Source: Macrostomum lignano
Taxonomy: Eukaryota
Direction: 5' to 3'
Assembly (NCBI GenBank): GCA_002269645.1
Contig: NIVC01000303.1
Coordinates: 1-64,000 of the forward strand
Length of the DNA stretch: 64,000 nucleotides
Position 1 is the first letter of the stretch; each line of letters starts with the position of its first letter. Under the pieces are notes generated by a model. The model was not told the origin of the DNA. It saw only the letters and a list, made by a program, of their open reading frames with translations, and searched no databases. A program made the position numbers and the translations under genes. Of this stretch, positions 36,157 through 48,585 are shown one piece after another.

Positions 36157-37380
36157 TTAGCGACACGATGCTAAGTACCGCGAACTCCTACTTAAACTAT
36201 AGTGACGCGGATATAGGACAATTGCTGTACTGTGTGGGAAATTAGTCGCCCACCTCCGGCCTGAGCGCCGTAGGTCAGGTTCTAACGGTGTCGCTGTCAC
36301 TGTCGTGACTGCGAGCGGCAAGCTCCGCACCAGTGCCGCCGAACCCACCAGGACTCGCGGCCTGCCCAGCCGGAACCTCGAGGGCCGGCACCTCCACCCC
36401 AGCCGGCTCGCCGGAATGCACGCGCGAGCAGAGCGGACCGACGAGTCGACCACCACCACTTCTGGCCCAGATTCGGCATCCCCACCTTTAACACTCTCAC
36501 CTCAGCCACCCGTGGAGGTTGCAGGGAGCTGACCCGGTTTGCGGCCGACCTGGGCATCTCAGTTCTGGCTGTCCAAGAGCATCGCAGGACCAAAGACGAA
36601 GGTGCGGACCTGGGCCTCGGGTGGCAATTCAAGGCCGCCCCAGCCACGCCCTGGGGCGTCGGGGCTGTTGGCTAGCTGCTCTCGCCCGCCGCGTCTAAAG
36701 CCCTACTGGACATCCGGTTCCCGTCTGAGCACCTTGGTCAAGCGGCTTTTGCCCTGAAGGACAGGCGCCTGCATATTGTCTGCGTGTATGCCCCGACAGC
36801 CCCTGCACCAGCAAGAATCCCGCTGAGACCAAAGTCCTCTACGACACTCTGGGCCATGCACCTGCTGAATCTATAATTCCTTCACGCGATCTTGGTTTTT
36901 TGTCGGTGATTCAATGCGCCATCTGCATGTTGATGGTCGCTTGGTGAAGAACTTCTGTGGTGTGCCGACGCCAGTTCTGCTTATCTGTCCAGCTTCACCC
37001 AGGCCAGGGATCTGATTGCCCTTTAGTACGGCACTATGAGGCAGCGTCTCTGCAAGCTCCCGACTTTCTTTGGCCCCTAGCGGGCGGACCACGTGGCTGG
37101 ACTGGGTCTTTTGCCCCTTTGCTCTCCGGTATAGAGTGCGCAGATCGTGACCAACATCCGCCCTATTTGCGTGAAGTCTCATGACCACAGCCTGAATGGT
37201 GGCCAACGCTGGACTAAGCTGATCGCCTTCCCGGGAGACTCGGCAGCCTTCCTGGACAGACTGCGCGCTGTGAACCCGGCTCTGGACCAGTCTGCTGGCT
37301 CTTTCATCAGTCATGCAGTTGAAAATGCAGCGGCCGTCCTGCCAAGGCGTGCTGTTAGGTTTCTTGTTACCAACACAGGA
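36157..37380 (+). mobile_element. Degenerate non-LTR retrotransposon fragment (AP-endonuclease domain, RTE-like), RT domain absent
   Basis: From 36469: RFGIPTFNTLT...ELTRFAADLGISVLAVQEHRR...GVGAVG*LLSP...RRLHIVCVYAPT, then frameshifted GD(F)NA, LDWVF and SHDH motifs. One in-frame stop and several frameshifts. Outer boundaries are approximate. Confidence 0.85.
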
Positions 37381-39508
37381 CCACTTGCACTATATATACT
37401 AGCTAGTAGTGGTCTACTATAAAGTACATAAAGTATATATAGTATTTCTTGTTTATTACACGCACATTCACATCATCTATCTTACACGAACTTGTAAGAA
37501 CTGTACATGTACCTGTACGTGTACCATGCAACAAATGTATGTACTTGTTGTTTATCATATTTTAATTTTGAGTCTAACTTTTAACTATATGAATTATTCA
37601 TTCTAAAAGACTCTGATATTAAGCGTACTTTTCAGTTTTCATTTTATTAGCTTTTAGTTTTTGGGCTGCTACTACATTGCAGCCAATTCAATTCTAAGAT
37701 TTTTAACACCGGTAACACAGATTAACAAAAAACTTGTTACAGTTGCAAATTTTTTTTAATTACCCTTTTTTAAATTTAAAAATGCATTTTAAAGCTTTTA
37801 GCTATTTTGTATATTACGTAACTGCCAGAAACTTGTACATCTAAAAAGTGAACGCCCCGAAAATTATCGGAAACAATTTTAAACATGGCCATTATTGTTT
37901 TTCCGAAATGATCCTTTCAGGGCGCAGGTGCGTTGTTGACCATTATGGCTGGGGCCCCTACTCCAGGCATGCTAGGCTTGTTTTGCATTTGATATAAGGC
38001 TAGTCTAGTAATCTAGATCAATAGACAGTGCTGAGTGCAGTCGCTTGCCTGGCAGCACGTATATCAATATGCATTTGTAGTGAAGCTTGATTGATTTAGA
38101 CAATTAAATTTTTATTGTATCACTACCTCGCAAGTCGCATAGCAAAAGTCATAATTTTACATTTAGTCACAAATCGTTTCAAGTATCCCAGTTTTTATCG
38201 AGATATGATATCCACTATGCCAGCAGGCAGAATATAAGCATTTGTATTCTTTAAAATTAGAATATTTAGATTTAATTGTATATTTATATTATAAAATGGC
38301 CATAAGAAATTAGCTTAAAACTATGTTCATACGAATTCATTTGAATAGTTGTTTTTCTGATATATGTGCTATGGGTAAAATAATTTTTTACATAAAATAA
38401 TTCTAAAGCAGCTTTGATAAAACACTGTTGTTTGTTTACTTCTTGTATTTTTTTATTTTATTTAAAATTATTTTTTGGTAAAGTAATTTAAAAATAATAT
38501 TTAGTGTCTTTTGATTTTATAGGAGTCTAACCAAGGAAATTTTAGGCTATTAAAAGATTTTTTTTAAACTTGAACTATTAGTAAGTATGAATTATTAAGC
38601 ATTTAAATAGATTGTAAATCACTTAGCTCATAAATAGTCAAAAATATTTCAAAGTCAGAAGACATATGCATATATATATGAGTAGACTGTAGAGTAGCTC
38701 AGTGATACTTGAACTTTGAATTTTTTAGTTTATTATATCTTATAGCAACAATTTTTAACTCTGTGAGTGGCTATATATTTAGCCTAAAATCTTATGCATT
38801 AAGAATTTGGCCTGTTAAAATTCTTTTTATGTAATTCAAGCTCAGAATGGCCAACTAACCAGGGCTCAAAGTCTCCTTGGAAATGATGTGTTCCTTTCTA
38901 CGAAGACTTTCTCAGTAATCAAGGAACAATCATTTCTAGCTACTTTGCTAGGCAATGCAGTTATCAAATGAAGGTACTGCTTACCTTGACTCTGGTTTGA
39001 GAGATTGCCTTGTAGTTCTCGTCCAATGAGTTATTCTCGCAATCTGTTGCGTTCTTGTCCTTCAGGAAGTGTAGACGTCTAGAATCGGTCGATCTGGTCC
39101 TATATCTTCTTTTACTTCCAATAAAGTTGTTTCAGGCCAGTATCTGCAGTCAGGACCAATCAGTGGCCTAGTGTCAACAATGGGTACCCTGCGCCGATCT
39201 GCAGTTTCACTTAAGCCTTCTCCTTCTAGTAGTGCCTCAATGCACTCTAGGTATTGCTCCGGTAATACCTAGAGTGCTTTGGGTGACTACAACCAATAGA
39301 GTCTCAGATGGACTCAAGAGTCTCAACAGACTCTAACACTATCACAATAGTGAGTCGACTCAAACAACAGGCGCAAATCAGCAAGGCTTACCGCAACAAC
39401 TCGACCGAAACTCGATTGACTTGGTGATCAGGAAGTCCTCCTAAGGCTTCCTCTTCGGAGCTTCTTCTATCGTCGGGAGTTGGCTCCGGGTCCGCTTTGG
39501 ACCACTTG

Positions 39509-39803
39509 TATTTATAGAGAATCGGACCCCACATGATGTCATTGGGTTCATCTTCCTAAATGTCAAAAGTTCACGGTTTGGTTGCTGTCAAGCATGACAG
39601 GGTAGAAAGTTAAGCAACTAGCCTAGTGTAAGCGCGCATGATTGATTACCGTAGCTGAGCTATTTTTAGATACCTTTGATTGGTTCATCCGGGTGCAAGC
39701 CATATGATGAATCGCAGGTGGGGTTTGAACTGACAATTGTAGGTCACACATGATTGATTGGTTGCTAAAAATAAATTGTCCGACTTTTCGCTCTTCTGAT
39801 TGG
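39509..39803 (-). promoter_or_regulatory. CCAAT-box cluster plus TATA box (candidate bidirectional promoter or solo-LTR U3)
   Basis: Minus-strand TATAAATA at 39516-39509; ATTGG at 39541, 39679, 39757 and 39799, three of them as TGATTGGTT; lies 240-500 bp upstream of the MPP5 ATG on the other strand. Confidence 0.5.
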
Positions 39804-40043
39804 TTGACTAATTTTACGCATGTGATTCAGTACTTACTTTTATACATGTAACTTGCTTTACTACTATGTAAATAGTACGTTAACAATTTTTACTACTTTT
39901 TTTGAGGGAAGTAGAACACTCTACAGAAACTAAGTCCCTAATGTACTTGAGGCGTGAATGTATCTATGCCAGATCCAGAGCAACCTTAACCAAAAAACAT
40001 TGATGTCTATTAAGCTTGCATTATCATGCTCAGCCAATAGCAG

Positions 40044-42585
40044 ATGGCCGCAATAGAGCCAGTGGCCAGTAATGCTGTCAAGTCTGACGGCGTCGACAGC
40101 ATCGAGACACTCGCCTCGGCAGCTGTCGACGATGTCAACCGTCGCCGTCAAGAAGCCCAGCGTCGTCAAGCGGAAGCAGATTTCCTTGGCGGCTCGCTGC
40201 GCGACTCCGAACGACTTCGAGCTCTGACTGTGAATTCCGGAGCGATCGGACGAGACAATCCGGCGTTCTCTAGCGAAAGAGGTACCGAGTTCGATTCTCC
40301 TCGCGAGCGTAACAGCTACATTGGCGACGCTGTGGATGACCTTGAGGAGGACGATGTTGGCGATATTGGCGACTTTCTTAGACAGCTCCGCAGCGAAGAT
40401 CCCGAAGGTTATTATGACGATGACGAGGGCAGCAGAGGGGACAGACTGGTACCCGACTGGCTGGCCCAGTTCCTCACATCGCCGCGATTCTCAGCGATCT
40501 ACGGCCTGGCTAGACGAGTATCCGACGCGGTGAACGCGGCCGTGTTTGGCGACCAGGACGCTTTTCGTGGCGGCAACGCGTTGACTTGCACGGAGGCGGT
40601 GTCGTCAACTGTCTTGCCTGGTGACGACCGCGAACGAATAGAGCTGCTTCGTCTGTTGAATGAGCCGCATCTGGTTGCGCTGATGAAGGTGCACGATGGA
40701 GCTGCGGCTCGCGCTGTGCCGTTGGAGGACCATCTGCCTGGCGTAGTTAGTGAAAGAGATTTTAGTTCTGTAATCTGAGTAGCTTGTAGCGTGCTTGGGA
40801 AGGCCTGTTGTATAGACTTTCTAGGGGAAATCGCACTTAAATTGATCTGGTCCTTCTCCTTGCCTCCTCTCCATTTCTCTTCTCATCCTCTCACCACTCT
40901 TCTCATTCCTTTCCTCTCTTCTCTGTCCCCTCTCCCCTCTCCCCCTGTCCCCTCTCCCCTCTCCCCTCTCCCCTTCACTCTCCCCTGTCTCCTCTCCTCT
41001 CCCCTCCACTCTCCCTCTCCCCTTCACCCTCCCCCTTCCCTCTCCCTTACCTCTTTCCTCTCTCTACTCCACCCTCTGCTTTCTCCTCCCCTCTCTCCCT
41101 CTCTCTTCTTCCTCTCCTCTCCTGACAGGATATCGAGCCACTTAATGTTCGCTATTACACATGTCTTGCTTTCTGACTTCCCCTCTGAGAAATATCCCCC
41201 CTCCAACCCTAAGCAGGAGGCCCCCAACGAGGCGGAGGCAGCAATCAAGACCAATAACTCGACATCATCATCGCCTCAAGTCTCAGATTCGCCGTCGAAT
41301 TCACCTGACGCATCTCAACGCCGCACTAATAAGCCCAAAGCTCTCGATATCGAGCTGGAAGAGTTCCAACCAAACAACCGTCTGGCAACTTCGTCACTGC
41401 TAGCTGCAGCAAATATTCACGTGACCGTGACTGCCCCAACCCCAAGTCCTTCGGCGTCGCCCTCTGCTAGATCGGCAGCTTCAACAAGCGACGATAATAG
41501 CGCCGAGGTGCAGTCTCCTCCGGTGCCTAGGGAATCGTTGGATTGTCGAACTGAAACCGTAGTGCAAGATGGTGTACAGTTTCGCAGGGTGACGCTTGTT
41601 AAGTCTGATTCTCCTCTGGTGCGATCGATTGTTATTTGTTAGGATTGTCAAAGTTTTTTTTCAGAGATCTTTAGGTTCTTGTCAGATATCTTCAGGTTGT
41701 TCTTGTCAGATATCTTAAGCTTTTGTCAGAGATCTCCAGCTTCTTGTCAGATATCTTCAGCTTTTGTCAGAGATCTCCAGCTTCTTGTCAGATATCTTCA
41801 GGTTATTCTTGTCAGATATCTTCAGCTTTTGTCAGAGATCTTCAGGTTCTTGTCAGAGATCGTCAGGTTTTTCTTGTCAGATATCTTCAGCTTTTGTCAG
41901 AGATCTCCAGCTTCTTGTCAGATATCTTCAGCTTTTGTCAGAGATCTTCAGGTTCTTGTCAAAGATCGTCAGGTTTTTCTTGTCAGATATCTTCAGGTTC
42001 TTGTCAGATCTGACTTTCAGGTTCTTATCAGAGATCTTCAGGTTGTTCTTGTCAGATATCTTCAGATTTTTGTCAGCGACAAAAGGTTGTTCTTGTCAGA
42101 GAGCTTCAGTTTCTTGTCGGATCTTCAGATTATTGTCAGCGATCTTGATGTTGTTGTCAGAGGTTGCTTTTTGTCAGATATCCTCAGGTTATACTGGTTA
42201 TTGTAAATGATCTTCAATAACCTTAAGGTTATTCTTTAGGAATCTCCTTGATTCTGGTCTGAAATCTCATATTTTCTTGTCAGAAAACTCATTTCATCTA
42301 GTCAAATATCCTTTAGTATAGTTTTTTTGTAGCCAAATGCCTGGCATAGATCGACTTTAATGTTTAAACCGATTCATCCAGGGCGCCACAGTGAAAAATG
42401 TTGGCGACTCGGTCGTAGTCAGTCGCATTGTCTGCGGCGGCCTGCTCGACAGAATCGGCGACCTCATTGGCGAGGGCGACGAGCTGATCTCGGTGAATGG
42501 CATCGACCTGACTGGGAAGCACGTTAACGAGGTGTACGACCTGCTGGTGAGCCGCTGCTCGCTTCTCCAGGGTGGAAGGATGGGC

Positions 42586-42616
<31 letters not shown>

Positions 42617-42619
42617 AAT

Positions 42620-42676
<57 letters not shown>

Positions 42677-42679
42677 AAT

Positions 42680-42718
<39 letters not shown>

Positions 42719-42737
42719 GGCAGACAGACAGACAGAC

Positions 42738-42776
<39 letters not shown>

Positions 42777-42779
42777 AAT

Positions 42780-42822
<43 letters not shown>

Positions 42823-42855
42823 GGCAGACACAGACAGATTGACAGACAGACAGAC

Positions 42856-42910
<55 letters not shown>

Positions 42911-42921
42911 GGCAGGCAGAC

Positions 42922-42990
<69 letters not shown>

Positions 42991-42997
42991 CACACAC

Positions 42998-43044
<47 letters not shown>

Positions 43045-45821
43045 CACACACAGACAGACAGACAGACACACAGACAGACACTTAGGCACTAAGACGGACA
43101 GGCACTCACAGACAGGACAGTCGGTGACGCGGACAGCAAAACAGACAGCCACACAAACCCACGCTGCTCCCGCTCAATCGTCTACCCCCCCCCCCAAAAA
43201 AAACGTTATTTGCAGCAAAGTCTCTCTGGACGGTTGGTTTTTCTAACAGTGCCCTGCACAGAGTATCGACCTACAGAGCGAAACAACAACAGCAGTAGCA
43301 GCAACAACAACAATAACAATGTAGAATCCTCAACCGTACTTCGCGCTCTTTTCACTTACGAGCCGTCTGAGGATCTGTATAATCCCTGTCGCGAAGCAGG
43401 ATTAGAATTTCAAGTTGGCGATTTAATCCGAGTGCTCAACACTAAAGATCCGAACTGGTGGCAGGGAGTGAAGGAGATGGAGGCGGCAACTGGGCTCAGA
43501 CCTGTGAGTTGGAATTGGTTTAGTACAACAATCCCACTTAAAAATCCCGGACCCCAATCTTAGCGAGAATTCCTGATCCCAATTCCAGCGAGGATCCCCG
43601 ATCCCAATCCCAGCAAGAATCCCTGATCCCAATCCCAGCAAAAATCCCTGATCCCAATCCCAGCAAGAATCCCTGATCCCAATCCCAGCAAGAATCCCTG
43701 ATCCCAATCCCAGCAAGAATCCATGATTCCAATCCCAGCAAGAATCCCTGATCCCAATTCCAGCAAGGATCCCTCATCCCAATCCCAGAAAGAATCCCTG
43801 ATCCCAATCCCAGCAAGAATCCCTGATCCCAAGCCCAGAAAGAATCCCTGATCTCAATCTTTTTCGAGGATCCCTGACCCCAATCCCAGACAAATCCAAA
43901 ATCCCTGATCCCAATCTCAGCCTAATCCAGAATCTTTGATCCAAATCCCAGCAAGGATCCCTCATCCCAATCTCAGCCAAATCCAGAATCCCTTATCTCA
44001 GCCCAAATGCATACTGATATGGAGTTAATAAACAGTTTAATTACAGACTGTCAGAATCAGAATGTTTACCCTCTTGCGTGTAATTCTTGGCCACATGAAC
44101 GCATAGGATAGCAAAGCCGAACCCCGTGTACCCACTTGCAGAGCAAGGCCAATGCTTAAAAGCTTTGAAAGTAACCCAAACTCCACTCTGTTTGCATTGC
44201 TAATTAGTTTTCTTATTATATTAAACAGGCACCCCAAAGTCTTACTAACAGATTGCATTACAGTCAAGTTTAATGTTAATTAACTCAACATTACGCTTGT
44301 ACATTGTGTTACCCGATGATACAAAAAACATGTGCTTTTAGTCTTCAATGACTAAATCTTGGTATTTTGAATGACTCAAAGCGACCTGAAATGAGCTAAA
44401 TGATCTAAAGTGATCCTGAATGTCCCAAAATAATCCAGAATGACCCGAAATGATTCCCAATGACTCAAGATGATCATAAACTACTCAGAGTGATCTTGAA
44501 TGACTCAACAGGATCCCAGATGACTCAAAATTATTCTGAATGACTTATAATGGTTCCGAATGACTCGTAATGGTCCCGAATGACTAGTAATGGTCCCGAA
44601 TGACTCGTAATGGTCCCGAATGACTCGTAATGGTCCCGAATGACTCGTAATAGTCTTGAATGACTCAAAGTCATGCCGAATGACTCAAAATTATCCCGAA
44701 TGACTCGTAATAGTCTCGAATGACTCAAAATCATCCCGAATGACTCGTAATAGTCTCGAATGACTCAAAATCATGCCGAATGACTCAAAATGATTCCAAA
44801 ATGACCAAACATAATCTCGAACGAGTCTTAAAATGATCGCAAGCCGCTCAAATGACCAAAAAAGATCCCGAATGACCCAAAGCAGCGGCAGGAGTCGGCC
44901 AGAAGCCTGGCCGGCTTATTTCCGTCGCCGGATTTTCAACGCCGACGCCAGCTGATGCTGTCGATGGCCGCGGCCAACGCAGCCGAGGCGACAGCGGATG
45001 CCAGCTCGAGCAGCTGCTGCTGGCGCTGTCAAAGATGCTTGCCATTGAAACGATTCGGCATCCGAGCTGGACGTCGTCGTCAAGATAACCGGTACGCGCC
45101 CGCCGACTTATCCGCTGGATCGTCGGGCTCGTCGTCGACGTCTGGAGAGTCCGACACGGAGGCTGACGTCGTCATTGATGACGGAGGCGGTCGTAATGGC
45201 GGTTAGTGTGGGTCCTGTGTTTCTTTAAATTAGAACTAAAGAGGTGGCGAGGCATTTGCTACTATAAACGAACTTTTAGTTACTCTGGCCGTTTACCCAG
45301 TTAGTCTAATAATCAATTCGCAGGCAACAGTCGAAAGCGGCATCGCGTCGGATCGTTGCGTCGTCAAAAACGGCGGCACAGAAGAAGATTTTTTGAGCCG
45401 CAGGCGCTGCTGCAACCGCAGCCGTTCCGGCGACGGCCACTCGTACTGGTTGGACCTCCCGGAGTTGGGCGACACGAACTGCGGGTTCGTCTGATCGAGT
45501 CCGACCCGGCCAGGTTCGCTCCTGCTCTGCTGCACACCACACGGCAGCGGCGCCAGGATGAGACTGACGGCGTCGACTTTGAGTTCACTACTAGACAGGT
45601 TAGTTAGTTAGTTAGTTAGTTTGTTTGTTTGTTTGTTTGTTTGTTTGTTTGTTTGTTTGTTTCTTAGTTAGGCAGTCAGTTAGTTAGTTAGTCAGTTAGT
45701 TAGTCAGTTAGTTAGTCAGTTAGTTCGTTAGTTAGTTAGTTAGTTAGTTAGTCAGTTAGTTAGTCAGTTAGTTAGTTAGTTAGTCAGTTAGTTAGTTAGT
45801 TAGTCAGTTAGTTAGTTAGTC

Positions 45822-45876
<55 letters not shown>

Positions 45877-45877
45877 C

Positions 45878-45916
<39 letters not shown>

Positions 45917-45961
45917 CAGTTAGTTAGTTAGTAAGTTAGTTAGTCAGTTAGTTAGTTAGTC

Positions 45962-46008
<47 letters not shown>

Positions 46009-46037
46009 AAGTTAGTTAGTCAGTTAGTTAGTTAGTC

Positions 46038-46088
<51 letters not shown>

Positions 46089-46169
46089 CAGTTAGTTAGT
46101 TAGTTAGTCAGTCAGTTAGTTAGTTAGTTAGTTAGTCAGTTAGTTAGTAAGTTAGTTAGTCAGTTAGTA

Positions 46170-46200
<31 letters not shown>

Positions 46201-46253
46201 CAGTTAGTTAGTTAGTTAGTCAGTTAGTTAGTTAGTCAGTTAGTTAGTTAGTC

Positions 46254-46284
<31 letters not shown>

Positions 46285-48057
46285 CAGTTAGTTAGTTAGT
46301 CAGTTAGTTAGTTAGTTAGTCAGTTAGTCAGTTAGTTAGTTAGTCAGTTAGTTAGTTAGTCAGTTAGTCAGTTAGTTTGTTTGTTTGTTGGTTACTTAGC
46401 CAGCTCTCCCTGCCACTCCGCAGGAGTTTCAGCGCCGCATTCGGGAAGGCGGCCACTTCCTGGAGACTGGCCAGTTCAACGGCGATCTGTACGGCACCAG
46501 CGTGGCGAATGTGACCAGCGTGGTGGAGTCCGGCTCGGTGTGCGTGCTCACCATGCAGCCGGCCGGTCTCAGGGCCATTCGGCGACACCCGGCAAGGTTG
46601 ATGCCCTACTCAGTTTTTGTCAGTCCGCCGCCAAGTTTAAATGGACTGCGCGCTCTGCGACGAAAATTGTCCCCCAGTGGCGCCGAAGTGGCGCCTGAGG
46701 ATAGCGTGAGTGAATGTTCTATTACCGATTGGAAGCTGAAACTAGGGTCTGGAGTCTCACGGTGAGATTCTAAGGTGTGGTATCCCAGGGTGAGATTCTA
46801 AGGTGTGGTATCTCATGGTGAGATTCTAAGGTGTAGCGTCTCAGGGTGAAATTCTAAGGTTTGGTATCTCAGGGTGAGATTCTAAGGTTTGTTATCTCAG
46901 GGTGAGATTCTAAGGTGTGGTATCTCATGGTGAGATTCTAAGGTGTGGTATCTCAGGGTGAGATTCTAAGGTGTGGTATCTCAGGGTGAGATTCTAAGGT
47001 GTGGTATCTCAGGATGAGATTCTAAGGTGTAGCGTCTCAGGGTGAAATTCTAAGGTGTAGCGTCTCAGGGTGAAATTCTAAGGTTTGGTATCTCAGGGTG
47101 AGATTCTAAGGTTTGTTATCTCAGGGTGAGATTCTAAGGTGTGGTATCTCAGGGTGAGATTCTAAGGTGTGGTATCTCAGGGTGAGATTCTAAGGTGTGG
47201 TATCTCAGGGTGAGATTCTAAGGTGTAGCGTCTCAGGGTGAAATTCTAAGGTTTGGTATCTCAGGGTGAGACTCTAAGGTTTGTTATCTCAGGGTGAGAT
47301 TCTAAGGTGTGGTATCTCATGGTGAGATTCTAAGGTGTAGCGTCTCAGGGTGAAATTCTAAGGTTTGGTATCTCAGGGTGAGATTCTAAGGTTTGTTATC
47401 TCAGGGTGAGATTCTAAGGTGTGGTATCTCATGGTGAGATTCTAAGGTGTAGCGTCTCAGGGTGAAATTCTAAGGTTTGGTATCTCAGGGTGAGATTCTA
47501 AGGTGTGGTATCTCAGGGTGAGATTCTAAGGTGTGGTATCTCAGGGTGAGATTCTAAGGTGTGGTATCTCAGGGTGAGATTCTAAGGTGTGGTATCTCAG
47601 GGTGAGATTCTAAGGTGTGGTATCTCAGGGTGAGATTCAAAGGTGTGGTATTTAAAGGTAAGATTTTGGTGTCTCGTGAATTTTCTTGTACATGTATGTG
47701 AGACTTCATATTTGTTGAGAATTCCTATAGCTGAGTAAATGTGAAATTTGCAGTAATTAGAGGTGAGCTTTCAGACTTAGCAGGTGTTTTCCAAAAAAAG
47801 TCAACTTTTTTTTATCTTTCAAGGACGCCGATTTGCGCAAACTGATCGACCTGAGCCGCCGCATGGAAGAGGCCTGCGGTCATCTGGTCGACCGAGTGTT
47901 GGTCAACACCGATTTGAGCGCCTCGGTTGCCCAACTGGTTGGCATGGTAACCCGTCTTGAACGGGAGCCGCAGTGGGTGCCAGCGTCTTGGCTGCAGCCT
48001 CCGGCGGGTGCCGCTGCTCGATTGGCTGGTAGCGAGATTGCTGACACAGCCTGCTGA
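40044..48057 (+). CDS. MPP5: MAGUK p55 subfamily member 5 (PALS1/Stardust): L27N-L27C-PDZ-SH3-HOOK-GUK, about 884 aa; exons 40044-40742(or 40745), 41217-41618, 42382-42546, 43216-43503, 44892(approx)-45201, 45324-45598, 46424-46705, 47824-48057
   Basis: N-terminal RRRQE...SERLRAL...GRDNPAF resembles PALS1 GIDNPxF. L27 [39 protein letters not shown]...GDELISVNG...[11 protein letters not shown]3 [27 protein letters not shown]...DPNWWQ...[19 protein letters not shown]...HTTR...LYGTS...[10 protein letters not shown]. Intron phases are compatible. Confidence 0.93.
40850..41125. repeat. CT-rich low-complexity tract (MPP5 intron 1)
   Basis: Polypyrimidine CCTCT/CCCCT repeats. Confidence 0.85.
41650..42200. 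repeat. 20+21-bp dimeric minisatellite (TTTTGTCAGAGATCTCCAGC TTCTTGTCAGATATCTTCAGC), MPP5 intron 2
   Basis: Period 41 (41721 to 41762). Confidence 0.9.
42585..43080. repeat. (CAGA)n microsatellite, MPP5 intron 3
   Basis: Directly visible. Confidence 0.97.
43560..44005. repeat. 25-bp minisatellite (CCCTGATCCCAATCCCAGCAAGAAT), MPP5 intron 4
   Basis: Period 25 (43621, 43646, 43671). Confidence 0.93.
44365..44880. repeat. 20-bp minisatellite (GAATGACTCGTAATGGTCCC), MPP5 intron 4
   Basis: Period 20, with degenerate flanks. Confidence 0.9.
45599..46380. repeat. (TTAG)n/(TCAG) microsatellite making up almost all of MPP5 intron 6
   Basis: Starts at the GTTAGT donor (45599) and ends about 45 nt before the acceptor (46423). 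Confidence 0.98.
46760..47650. repeat. 28-bp minisatellite (GGGTGAGATTCTAAGGTGTGGTATCTCA), MPP5 intron 7
   Basis: Period 28; each unit has an internal inverted repeat TGAGAT...ATCTCA. Confidence 0.97.
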
Positions 48058-48104
48058 AATTTCGGAATGCCCTGGACTCTCCTTGACCCCTGTTCGACTT
48101 AGAT

Positions 48105-48585
48105 CTAGGCCCTGCTGCCATAGATCTAGACCCTGATGCTATAGATCTAGACACCGATTATTGAGATCTAGACACAACGATTATTGAGATCTCGACATCG
48201 ATTATTGAGATCTAGACATCGATTATTGAGATCTAGACATCGATTATTCAGATCTAGGCACCGATTATTGAGATCTAGTCACCGATTATTGAGATCTAGA
48301 CACCGATTATTGAGATCTAGACACCGATTATTGAGATCTAGTCACCGATTATTGAGATCTAGACACCGATTATTGAGATCTAGACACCGATTATTGAGAT
48401 CTAGACACCGATTATTGAGATCTAGACACAACGATTTTTGAGATCTAGTCATTGATTATTGAGATGTAGACACCGATTATTGAGATCTAGACACAACGAT
48501 TTTTGAGATCTAGTCATTGATTATTGAGATGTAGACACCGATTATTGAGATGTAGACACCGATTATTGAGATCTAAACACCGATA
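48105..48585. repeat. 21-bp minisatellite (TTATTGAGATCTAGACACCGA) just 3' of the MPP5 stop
   Basis: Period 21 (48181, 48202, 48223). Confidence 0.95.

Noticed and set aside
45357-45400. Possible frameshift in MPP5 exon 6 (alternative frame GGTEEDFL resembles EEILTYE)
   Set aside because: The phase-1 acceptor at 45323 gives an open basic HOOK-like frame straight into the GUK domain, so no shift is needed.
45599-46380. (TTAG)n as interstitial telomere
   Set aside because: Unit is TTAG/TCAG, not TTAGG or TTAGGG, and it begins at a splice donor.
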